Below are positions 30,289 to 38,931 of a stretch of DNA of 47,184 bases, one piece after another. The notes beneath the pieces were generated by a model. That model ran no database searches, had not been told where the DNA came from, and was given only the letters and a program-made list of their open reading frames with translations. Both the position numbers and the translations under genes were made by a program. Source of the DNA: a candidate division WOR-3 bacterium (lineage in GTDB: Bacteria > Hydrothermota > Tepidihabitantia > Tepidihabitantales > CAIPLT01); the NCBI GenBank assembly GCA_965649215.1, contig CBFGJZ010000002.1, forward strand, positions 9,150-56,333, written 5' to 3'. Position 1 is the first letter of the stretch, and each line of letters opens with the position of its first letter.

Positions 30289-31125
30289 TTAAATTAAATC
30301 CTTCATATGCATAACATCCCAGTATGAAAATACGGGACCATCTAAACATGTATATATTGAACCGATTACGCAATGTCCACATTTACCAACACCACAATGC
30401 ATGCGTCGTTCCAAAGTCATTAAGATTTGATGTTTAGGAATACCTAATTTAATTATTTCATCAATGACAAATTTATACATAACCGGCGGACCGCATACGG
30501 TCGCATAAGTATTTTTAGGGTCAATGTCTTGGAGATATTTAAATAAAGTTGTAACAACCCCGGTTTGTTCGGTCCAACGGCCAGTATCATCTTTATCAAC
30601 CGTTAACAAACAATGGAGGTCGTCACGTAATTTTAATTCCATGAATTCACGTCGGAAGAGCATTTCCGCAGGACGACGAGCACCGTAGAGGAAATAGATT
30701 TTACCGAAACGATCTCGGTTATCCAAAGTGTATAATAATAAAGAACGAAGTGGCACTGCACCCAAACCACCAACCACGATAATTAAATCTTTATTCTCAA
30801 ATTTATCAATTGGGAAGCCATTGCCGAAAGGACCACGAACACCGATAATTTCGTTTTCTTTGAGTTTAAATAATTGCTCTGTAATTATACCAACTTTACG
30901 GATACCAAATTCTAACAAGCCAGGACGAGACGGTGTTGAAGAAATTGAAAACGGCGCTTCGCCAACCCCGGCTAGCGATATCATCATAAATTGACCAGGT
31001 AAGTAATTTAATTGCAAAGCTCGTTCCATTTCGATGGGGCGGACTTGGAAAAATCGAACATCTTCAATTAAATCATAACGGCGTACAATTCTCATCGGTT
31101 CTGGTAAGTATACATTATTTTCCAT
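30289..31125 (-). CDS. Hydrogenase gamma subunit (FAD/NAD(P)-binding, 2Fe-2S)
   Basis: PGQFMM, EAPFSISS, RGPFGNGF, CGPPVM, RMHCGVGKCGHC, CLDGPVF. Confidence 0.92.
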   Translation of the reverse strand: MENNVYLPEPMRIVRRYDLIEDVRFFQVRPIEMERALQLNYLPGQFMMISLAGVGEAPFSISSTPSRPGLLEFGIRKVGIITEQLFKLKENEIIGVRGPFGNGFPIDKFENKDLIIVVGGLGAVPLRSLLLYTLDNRDRFGKIYFLYGARRPAEMLFRREFMELKLRDDLHCLLTVDKDDTGRWTEQTGVVTTLFKYLQDIDPKNTYATVCGPPVMYKFVIDEIIKLGIPKHQILMTLERRMHCGVGKCGHCVIGSIYTCLDGPVFSYWDVMHMKDLI

Positions 31126-32141
31126 TATTCACCTCCCTTGAGATTTGATACGACCGTTTTAACATTAATATCAACAGGACACGTATCAATGCAGCGTCCA
31201 CATCCAATACAGGCGGCTTTACCAAATTCAGTGATAAACGCTTTAAGTTTATGGGTATACCATAATCTGACCCGTTGAGAACGGGCTTCTCGGAAGTTAT
31301 GTCCACCCGCCACCAGAGCAAATTGTTTAAACATACATGAGTCCCAAACGCGTTCTCGTTTACCAGTGTTCTGAGCTGGACGAATTTGATCACTCATATT
31401 GTAACAAGGACAAGTTGGACAGACCATCGAACAGGCACCGCAAGAAAGACATTTTTCACCTAATTCATCCCAGACGGGACTGGTGTAATTCAATTCCATA
31501 ATATCCGGCATTGCAGTTAAGTTAATATTTAATTTATACTGAGCATCTCGCCAGTTACGCCATTCCATATATTTTTTTAAATCACTTTCTTTGATATTTT
31601 CATCAAATAAGTCAAACCTTATTCGCACCAAATCATCTCCTAAAGAAGAACCAACCCACACTAAATAGAATTCATCAAGATCATTGAATGCTAAATCAAA
31701 ACCTGACTCAACATAGTGGGTATTAGTAGATTTAGCAAAGCATTTTTCATCCGGCACACATGAGAGACCTAAAATTGCGGTTTTACGACGGCGTTCTGCG
31801 TAATAAGGATCGGGGAATCGTTCTAAAAAGAACTTATCAAGTATTAATAAGCCATGGATTTCACAAGGATGCACACCAAAGACAATTCGATTCGGAATAT
31901 TTTGTAATTCGGGAACATACTTATTATCGCTAAAGGTAAAAGTATTAAATTTTGGAGGCACTAGAAATTTTTTCACAGGTAAAATGGTTCGGAGCATTTT
32001 CGTGTCGAGCTTATCTAAGTCATCTAAGCGACCATATATATATTTTTCATCTTGTTTAATGGGGCCAAAGACTTCACCCCAGGTTCTTAAAGCATCGAGA
32101 TAATCATTAAGATTTTGTTTTTTTAGTTTTAATACTTTCAT
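31125..32141 (-). CDS. Hydrogenase beta subunit (4Fe-4S dicluster, AsrA-like)
   Basis: GVHPCE, CLSCGACSMVCPTC, WDSC, CIGCGRCIDTCPV. Confidence 0.92.
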   Translation of the reverse strand: MKVLKLKKQNLNDYLDALRTWGEVFGPIKQDEKYIYGRLDDLDKLDTKMLRTILPVKKFLVPPKFNTFTFSDNKYVPELQNIPNRIVFGVHPCEIHGLLILDKFFLERFPDPYYAERRRKTAILGLSCVPDEKCFAKSTNTHYVESGFDLAFNDLDEFYLVWVGSSLGDDLVRIRFDLFDENIKESDLKKYMEWRNWRDAQYKLNINLTAMPDIMELNYTSPVWDELGEKCLSCGACSMVCPTCPCYNMSDQIRPAQNTGKRERVWDSCMFKQFALVAGGHNFREARSQRVRLWYTHKLKAFITEFGKAACIGCGRCIDTCPVDINVKTVVSNLKGGE

Positions 32142-32167
32142 TTTGTATCCTTTGTTTTAAACACTTA

Positions 32168-32196
32168 ATAATAATGAAAATACCGAATAAAGTCAA
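32168..32196 (-). promoter_or_regulatory. Putative promoter of the hydrogenase operon
   Basis: Minus strand TTGACT-N17-TATTAT. SD AAGGA before the ATG at 32141. Confidence 0.6.
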
Positions 32197-32212
32197 TGTT
32201 TTTAAGTTAAAC

Positions 32213-32241
32213 TTGACAACAAGATATTTTATGTTTAGGAT
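32213..32241 (+). promoter_or_regulatory. Putative promoter of apbE-amrS
   Basis: TTGACA-N17-TAGGAT, then 11 nt to the ATG at 32253. Confidence 0.55.
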
Positions 32242-32252
32242 AAAAAGACGAG

Positions 32253-33215
32253 ATGAAAATAAAGAGACATATTAATTTAATTTTTAATATTGTCTTGTTA
32301 GTATTGCTTTCTTGTCAAATTAAGAAAAACAAGAGTTATGAGTATGAATATAATGATGTTATTTTTGGAAGTTATCTGCGAATAAAAATTAGCGCTTCGG
32401 ATTCGATTTTGGTAAGAAATACAATTAACGAAATAATGTCAGTTTTGTATCGGATTGATACAATCGCCTCAATTTTTAATCCCACCAGTGAAATAAATAG
32501 AATTAATAAAGCAGGTTATGGTCATATGTCGCCAGATTTTAAGTCATTAATTCTAAAATCAATAGAAATTTCAGACAACACCAATGGTGCATTTGATATA
32601 ACGATTGGTTCGGTTATGAAGCGATTTGGATTTTATCATGATAGTTTAGCAACCGATTCATTATTGAACACTAAAAAGGATTGGTCGGTTGGTTATCGAA
32701 ATATCTTAATTAAGGGCGATTCAATATTTCTCAACCCAAATACGCTCATTGATTTGGGCGGTATTACCGTAGGATATGTTTTAGATAAGATAGCGGAAGA
32801 AATTTTGAAAACAAGAGCATTGGAAAATGTATTGATCGATATTGGTGGAGATATTATTTGTTATGGAAATAAAACTTTCTTAATTGGAATAAGAGATCCG
32901 CAGAATTTAGGAATAATTAGAACTATCAGAATAAAAAATCAAGCGATTTCTACATCTGGTAATTATGAAAAATACATTGAACGAAACGGACATAAATATA
33001 CGCATCTCATTGACCCCAAAATTCAAATGCCAATTTCAGATAGTTCAAATAACTTAAGTAGTGTAACGATTATTGCGGATAAAGCAACCGATGCCGATGC
33101 TTATGCAACCGCAGTGTTTGTCTTAGGATTAGAAGCAGGACAAAAACTGATGCGTCGATTGAATTTACACGGTGTACTTATTACCAATAAGGGAAATGTT
33201 ATTGAGATCCTATAG
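32253..33215 (+). CDS. apbE: FAD:protein FMN transferase (ApbE family lipoprotein)
   Basis: Lipobox LLSC, SEINRIN, GAFDITIG, IDLGGI, DIGGD, STSGNYE, HLIDP, ADAYATA. Confidence 0.92.
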   Translation: MKIKRHINLIFNIVLLVLLSCQIKKNKSYEYEYNDVIFGSYLRIKISASDSILVRNTINEIMSVLYRIDTIASIFNPTSEINRINKAGYGHMSPDFKSLILKSIEISDNTNGAFDITIGSVMKRFGFYHDSLATDSLLNTKKDWSVGYRNILIKGDSIFLNPNTLIDLGGITVGYVLDKIAEEILKTRALENVLIDIGGDIICYGNKTFLIGIRDPQNLGIIRTIRIKNQAISTSGNYEKYIERNGHKYTHLIDPKIQMPISDSSNNLSSVTIIADKATDADAYATAVFVLGLEAGQKLMRRLNLHGVLITNKGNVIEIL

Positions 33216-33230
33216 ATAATTCTTAACAGT

Positions 33231-34247
33231 ATGGAAAAAGTATTAGTTGAGGCAAAATATTATAAAAAAATCTATAAAAACAATAAGGAATTCATCCAAT
33301 GTGAATTATGTCCTAATTTTTGTGTGATTGATGATAACAAAGTTGGGTTGTGTTTAGGGCGAAAAAATATTAATGGTAAATTATACGCAATAAATTATGG
33401 CGAAGTTGTCGCGATCGCGATGGATCCGATTGAGAAAAAACCGTTATATCATTTTTTCCCTGGGGCACCAATTTTTTCAATCGCTACCTTTGGATGTAAT
33501 TTACGATGTCCCTTCTGTCAGAATTGGGAGATTTCTCAACAGCGAGCAGATAGCAAATTTTATAGTCCCGATGAATTGATTAAGACCGCAACGCATTATC
33601 CGACAATTGGTATTGCTTATACCTTTAATGAGCCGTTAATCTGGTTTGAGTATTTGCTTGATGTTATGCCGCTTGCTCATAAAGCAAGTTTGAAAAATGT
33701 TTTGGTAACCAATGGTATGATAAATCCGCAACCCCTTCAAGACCTGCTGCCTTATTTAGATGCTTTAAATATTGACTTAAAATCAATCCGAGCCGATTTT
33801 TATCGAGATTTTGTTAAAGGAGATTTGAAAACTGTCCTAAATACTATTGAAACTACTCGCAAAACTTGTCACATTGAACTGACTAATTTGTTAATTCCAA
33901 CCAAAAATGATTCCCGAGAAGATATTCAAGCGTTAGTTGATTACTGTGCCGGTCTCGGTCGAGACACTGTGCTTCATTTTACTCGTTATTTTCCTTATCA
34001 TAAAGTTAAACTTCCCTACACTTCAGAGGAGACATTGCTGATGGCTTTATCAATTGCAAAAGCAAAGTTAGATTATGTCTATTTAGGTAATATTGGTGGC
34101 TATGATAATAATACTTATTGTCCCAATTGTCATAATCTTTTAGTGAATCGTGGTTATTTTAATACCATTGCGACAGGATTAACCAATAATAATATTTGTA
34201 ATAAATGCGGTTATAAAATCTACGGTGTATTTGATGAAAACAAATAA
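33231..34247 (+). CDS. amrS: AmmeMemoRadiSam-system radical SAM enzyme
   Basis: CELCP..C, DPIEKKPLYHF, GCNLRCPFCQNWEISQ (CxxxCxxC), TFNEP, YLGN, C-terminal CPNC/CNKC. Confidence 0.9.
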   Translation: MEKVLVEAKYYKKIYKNNKEFIQCELCPNFCVIDDNKVGLCLGRKNINGKLYAINYGEVVAIAMDPIEKKPLYHFFPGAPIFSIATFGCNLRCPFCQNWEISQQRADSKFYSPDELIKTATHYPTIGIAYTFNEPLIWFEYLLDVMPLAHKASLKNVLVTNGMINPQPLQDLLPYLDALNIDLKSIRADFYRDFVKGDLKTVLNTIETTRKTCHIELTNLLIPTKNDSREDIQALVDYCAGLGRDTVLHFTRYFPYHKVKLPYTSEETLLMALSIAKAKLDYVYLGNIGGYDNNTYCPNCHNLLVNRGYFNTIATGLTNNNICNKCGYKIYGVFDENK

Positions 34248-34301
34248 CAGTATTATGGGACTAATAATTTTAACGATAAATAAAAAACAATAAAAAAACT
34301 T

Positions 34302-34559
34302 ATGAGAAGAAGTTTTTGGTTTGTATTCTTAGTAATTTTAGTAAGTGCTATTATTGGTTCAGTTTTTTCTCACATATTGGCGAAAATATTTCCACAAGGT
34401 CCAGCATATAACTTATTTTGTAATGTCTTTTCGGTCGGTATACCACAATTTGTGGTTAATTTAGGGTTTCTTTCTTTTTCATTTGGATTGACTCTATCAA
34501 TCAGCGGTTTGGTCGTCTTATTCATCATATTAGCATTGATAATTCTCTTAAAATTTTAA
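34302..34559 (+). CDS. Small membrane protein (DUF4321-like)
   Basis: 85 aa with two hydrophobic ends and NLGFLSFSFGLTLSI. Family assignment is from recall. Confidence 0.7.
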   Translation: MRRSFWFVFLVILVSAIIGSVFSHILAKIFPQGPAYNLFCNVFSVGIPQFVVNLGFLSFSFGLTLSISGLVVLFIILALIILLKF

Positions 34560-34681
34560 AACTACTCAAAAGGTAAGTTCATAAATACTAATTTTTAACA
34601 TTCCTAGTAAATAAATTTTACAGGATTTTTACGGATAGTTTTAGAATACAAAAGGGAGAGTTTTGCTAATTAATGCGGACG

Positions 34682-35497
34682 TTATTCGTTGAGAATTACA
34701 AAAACTTTACATTGCTTTAAGAGTTTAAGGTTATTCTGGGAACTATGGATGGTTTTCGCGGTGGCTCGGGAAATGATAATATCGGTTTTGTTATCGCCAC
34801 TACTTTGAATTGCAGAAATTCGTAAAGGATTCGTACCGACTAATTTTTCATCAAAAGCATCATTGATTGATTTCAAATAGGTTATCAAACCATGGTTGCG
34901 CAGAGCTTGTTGGTCCGTAAAATTGACAGTGTAAATTTCATGGTTATCTTCACTTATGATTTTCGGAAACAGAGCCGGTCTTAAGAAAATATCACGGGCG
35001 TCAATAATAATTGCGGTATAAATAATGTTGGGTTCTTGTTCTAAGGGAATAAGTTTAACATCGGGTGGTACTTCTTGATTTTCAGGCCAGACTCTTTTAC
35101 AAATGGGACAGGCAAGTTCACTCACCAAAGTCGGTTCTTTTAAGTCAGGTATAAGCAAATCAATCAAATTCCCACTTATGGGTAGTTCATACTGGATAAT
35201 TACTGAACCATCAGAAAGAAATTTAACATCGGTTTCATTTATTTTTAGTTGCAATCGGTCGAATTGACGAGCGATATTTCTATTTTCATTGAGATAATCT
35301 TCAACAGTTCGCTTACTATCATAAAACATAGTTCTAATCAATGATTTAGCAAGAGATTGTATTTTATAAGATGAAGTTTCACTATTAATCTCTTTTGTTT
35401 CGATTCGCACTAGCCAATTTGAATAATCAATATTGTCAGCTAATATACAATGAGTTAGGATGAGAAGTGATAGAATCAGTCTTATTTTATTTATCAT
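34682..35497 (-). CDS. Hypothetical exported protein (possibly LPP20-related)
   Basis: 271-aa ORF with a signal peptide, CPIC and YTAIIIDAR..LRPALFPKI. Confidence 0.7.
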   Translation of the reverse strand: MINKIRLILSLLILTHCILADNIDYSNWLVRIETKEINSETSSYKIQSLAKSLIRTMFYDSKRTVEDYLNENRNIARQFDRLQLKINETDVKFLSDGSVIIQYELPISGNLIDLLIPDLKEPTLVSELACPICKRVWPENQEVPPDVKLIPLEQEPNIIYTAIIIDARDIFLRPALFPKIISEDNHEIYTVNFTDQQALRNHGLITYLKSINDAFDEKLVGTNPLRISAIQSSGDNKTDIIISRATAKTIHSSQNNLKLLKQCKVFVILNE

Positions 35498-35517
35498 TTT
35501 AAAATTTTACTTAACAA

Positions 35518-35590
35518 AGCGGGTGACGGGAGTCGAACCCGCGGCCTCAAGCTTGGGAAGCTTGCGCTCTACCAGATGAGCTACACCCGC
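35518..35590 (-). tRNA. tRNA-Gly (anticodon CCC); CCA not encoded
   Basis: Minus strand GCGGGTGTAGCTCATCTGGTAGAGCGCAAGCTTCCCAAGCTTGAGGCCGCGGGTTCGACTCCCGTCACCCGCT: acceptor stem GCGGGTG/CACCCGC, anticodon loop TTCCCAA, T-loop TTCGACT. Confidence 0.97.
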
Positions 35591-35622
35591 ATAATACATT
35601 GTAAAGTTCAAATTCAATATAG

Positions 35623-35650
35623 AGTATAAGTCAACCTTATTATATGTCAA
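35623..35650 (-). promoter_or_regulatory. Putative promoter of tRNA-Gly
   Basis: Minus strand TTGACA-N16-TATACT. Confidence 0.7.
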
Positions 35651-35790
35651 GAGGTGGGATAAACTTTATTAAAATCAAAGAAATATAAATTTGCCCCACA
35701 GGTGCCCTATACTTCGAAACGCAGCAAAGTTAAGAAAACATCATTACTGATTTCGGCTAAATCGGTTTGTCTTGAAGACCACCTCGTGTT

Positions 35791-35994
35791 TTGACCTACA
35801 AAACAACTTAGCAGGTTATCCGTTACGTCACATAGTAGGTTGCCGATTAGGTAGCCCCCTGGCTCACCTAGAAAGTAAACTTTTATGTTACCTACTCCAT
35901 TATAAAATAACTAAGTTACCCCATTACTGATTATGTTACTAAGTGGATTATCTATTAAATTGTCTACTATATTACCAAGATAATCACCTCTTAG
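35791..35994. repeat. 12-bp-period array, copy 2: 17 in-phase units, same motif as 13205-13432
   Basis: Units from 35791: ttgacctacaaa acaacttagcag gttatccgttac gtcacatagtag gttgccgattag gtagccccctgg ctcacctagaaa gtaaacttttat gttacctactcc attataaaataa ctaagttacccc attactgattat gttactaagtgg attatctattaa attgtctactat attaccaagata atcacctcttag. Hand counts: pos1 purine 14/17, pos2 T 16/17, pos4 purine 17/17, pos5 pyrimidine 15/17, pos6 pyrimidine 15/17. Decayed units may extend left to ~35690. Confidence 0.82.
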
Positions 35995-36087
35995 GTCTAT
36001 CGCGCCCGTGAGTTGAAAATTTATTTGTAAACCAAATTAAAGAAATATACTTAACCTTAACAAATTTTCATAGATATTGATAATATC

Positions 36088-38931
36088 TCAAGTTTCACTG
36101 CGATTTTGCCCAGGAAGTAAATCTCGAAACTCTAAATATCCTTTTGCCCCTAACATATGAATTGTTTCAATTGCCAATTTCTTAGCGTCTTCATTATCGC
36201 TTTTTAATACAGCACTTATAATATTTCGTGTATTTTTATGCCACCCATAAAACTCAAAGTTATCTTTTGATTTTTTAACAACTATGTGTAAACATTCAAT
36301 AACATCTAAAGGCATTTTATTTGTGATTTTAAGGATATATTCAGAGACCTTATGACTTAAATTAATATCCCCGACATTATTAAGCACATCTTTAAGTTGT
36401 TTTATCGCCCATTCATCATCAAATTTACCTGAAGCAAACCAAAGTCCGAATTCTTTTCGTTCAGTATTTGAGATTGGTTTTTTTCTATCTTGATTGCGCC
36501 ATTTCCAAAATGCTTTAAGTCTTTCTAAAATATCAGAAGGTATTGTTTCCTTTTCGTTATAAAGAACATTGCCAATATACCAAATTATCCGGGCAAGTAG
36601 TTTTTCTGATACTTTTTCATAAAATAATTCAAGCAATCCGTTTGAATCATTTATATTCAGTTTTCCTCTCCAATGAAAAACTGCTAAATGTTCAGCAAGT
36701 CGTTCATCAATATCTCTAATTATACCTGGTGTTTTTTCTTTAGTGCCAATCCGTTCAATTGCAAGTTTGTATTCATCTTTTAATATATCAAAAACATTAT
36801 CATATGCAGGGCAGAAAATAATATATGTATTCCACGCTGCATTATAAAAATCACTCTTCTCCTGCTCTTTAGGGAAAATTCTATCTTTATTATTTTTTGC
36901 CCATTGTGAGTCAAGTAATACCAACCATGGAAACCATCTGCCATAAACAGACCTAACTGCTAATGATGGTTCTTGATTTATATCAAGATGTTTATCAAGG
37001 ATGCTTTGTACTTCCGGCATATCTTTAAAGCTGTAGATATTCTTTTGTGTATCTGAGAACTTTTTAGTATTCCGAATTACCCACAGCGCATATTCGATTG
37101 TTGCATTCATTGCTTCGCCTCGGACTGTATTTATTGCTAATGTATATGGTTCTAAAGTCGTTTCTTTATTTGGTTCTGGGTCAGGGTCATCTGTTAATGG
37201 TTTTAAAATTGTCCAAACACGGTCTTTATATTCGAAAGAAATTGCATTTGCATTAAGTGCGGTTGATAATAATGATGCAATAGTCTTTCGAGACCAGCCC
37301 CAATCAGGGTCGGCTTGTAAATGTCTGTATTTTATACGATTCGGTATTTCTCGTGGTTGGAATACTACCCAATTACAAAGTGCTAATATTTTATCCCATA
37401 CAAAACTCATTTTTTCGCGACACGCATCATTAAAACCTCGTATTATTCCACTTATATATGTCGGGTCTAGACCAATAAATTTATCTGCTATTATAGCGAA
37501 TCGGTCTGGTGCAGATTTTATAAGAGATGTTAATTCTCTGCTTAATCCTTCAGGTTCTGGTTCATCCCAATCGTCTTTTGGTTGCCAAGATTTAAGGAAA
37601 TCAATTAATTCATCATCTTTCATAGTTTGAAGCTCATCTTGGGATTTTATGCTTGTTGGACCTGTTCGCCATGCTCCTATACGAAATGGTTTATCTGGTT
37701 GTTCTATCTCGTCAAATTCAGATTTAAATTTTTCAAAATATTCTTTCCAAGAGTTTTTTAAATACTCTTGAATCGGTATTAATTTTTTATATTGCCATAA
37801 ACGAGAAAGTTTCTTTTTTTCATCGTCAGTATATTTACTTCCATCAAGTTTTACAATATCACTGAAATCTTTACCATCGCGAACTAATTTTAAATAATTC
37901 TCTTGTGTTTCGGGTGATAATTTGTTATAGTGCTCTTTTAAAAGATGAAAATACTCATAGTGTAATGTAACATTATCAAATACATCCGGGGCTATCACTA
38001 ATTTGTTAGTTCCTTCAGGGTCAATATTGAAATATTTTCTGCGTAAATATAATCCAATTCGTTTGAATATATAATAATGATAACTCTCAACAATATTTAG
38101 AACCTCTTTTCCTTCTGCTTCAATTAAAGATTCGCAAGCATTTCTAACCGCAGTTATAAGTAAGTCTCTTACTCCTTCGAATAGGTTGTAGTCGCTTTCA
38201 ATTGAAGGTCTCCAGATATAAGAACGGTCATCCGGGGTATTAATTTCTGACTTATGCGTTGAGAACTTTACTGCTTTCGCAAGTTTTTCGCAAAGTAATT
38301 TCAGCACTTCTAATTTACCATTTTCTACTAGTATTGGAATATCTTTAGTAAGTATTTGTTCGTAAATCCAATCATCGAACCAAGCATGTGGTTTAAAAGT
38401 TAAAACTGAACTTTCTGATTTTGATTTTTCTTCCCATTGCGGGTCAGGTAAAATATCTATGAGAATATCTGCTAATTCAATTGCTTGTTTTACTTTATTT
38501 CCTTTAGCAAGATGAACTATTAATTTCCCGGTTTTTTCGATTAACAACCAACTATATGGTGACTTTATCCAATTTTTGATTCGCGGTAGTAATTGTATTG
38601 ACAATTCGGTAGGGATTGCAAGGGCAATATCAACAATATCTTCGTGCACATGAACATTATTTGTATCTGGTATATTGTATGTAGTTTTAAATACCAATTC
38701 TGCTGCTTTTGATGCCATCCTCGCCAAATATCTTGATTCTGGCCAAACAGGAAATTGTATATACTTTCCATCTGTTGTGACTATGTTTGAAGGTGGCTTC
38801 TTAAACATCCCCTTTTGGGATAAGGGAATAATCCACTCAGGTGATTCTAATTTATTGAAAAAATATTCGTAGTTTACATATCTTTTACTTATTAGTACAA
38901 TTGCTTTTTCAATAATTTCTGGTTTAATCAT
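36088..38931 (-). CDS. Large hypothetical protein, Trp-rich and probably alpha-solenoid; putative defence-associated
   Basis: 947-aa ORF with no recognisable catalytic motif. Start overlaps the upstream gene by 8 nt (ATGATTAA). Confidence 0.8.
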   Translation of the reverse strand: MIKPEIIEKAIVLISKRYVNYEYFFNKLESPEWIIPLSQKGMFKKPPSNIVTTDGKYIQFPVWPESRYLARMASKAAELVFKTTYNIPDTNNVHVHEDIVDIALAIPTELSIQLLPRIKNWIKSPYSWLLIEKTGKLIVHLAKGNKVKQAIELADILIDILPDPQWEEKSKSESSVLTFKPHAWFDDWIYEQILTKDIPILVENGKLEVLKLLCEKLAKAVKFSTHKSEINTPDDRSYIWRPSIESDYNLFEGVRDLLITAVRNACESLIEAEGKEVLNIVESYHYYIFKRIGLYLRRKYFNIDPEGTNKLVIAPDVFDNVTLHYEYFHLLKEHYNKLSPETQENYLKLVRDGKDFSDIVKLDGSKYTDDEKKKLSRLWQYKKLIPIQEYLKNSWKEYFEKFKSEFDEIEQPDKPFRIGAWRTGPTSIKSQDELQTMKDDELIDFLKSWQPKDDWDEPEPEGLSRELTSLIKSAPDRFAIIADKFIGLDPTYISGIIRGFNDACREKMSFVWDKILALCNWVVFQPREIPNRIKYRHLQADPDWGWSRKTIASLLSTALNANAISFEYKDRVWTILKPLTDDPDPEPNKETTLEPYTLAINTVRGEAMNATIEYALWVIRNTKKFSDTQKNIYSFKDMPEVQSILDKHLDINQEPSLAVRSVYGRWFPWLVLLDSQWAKNNKDRIFPKEQEKSDFYNAAWNTYIIFCPAYDNVFDILKDEYKLAIERIGTKEKTPGIIRDIDERLAEHLAVFHWRGKLNINDSNGLLELFYEKVSEKLLARIIWYIGNVLYNEKETIPSDILERLKAFWKWRNQDRKKPISNTERKEFGLWFASGKFDDEWAIKQLKDVLNNVGDINLSHKVSEYILKITNKMPLDVIECLHIVVKKSKDNFEFYGWHKNTRNIISAVLKSDNEDAKKLAIETIHMLGAKGYLEFRDLLPGQNRSET

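Noticed and set aside
34560-34681. Possible third 12-bp array in other intergenic gaps (34560-34681, 39690-39920, 16760-16843)
   Set aside because: Scattered motif-like hexamers are not in 12-nt phase and the terminal motifs are absent.
35518-35590. tRNA-Gly as attB with a duplicated 3' end
   Set aside because: No second copy of the tRNA end was seen in the window, and the accessory genes lie on the 5' side.
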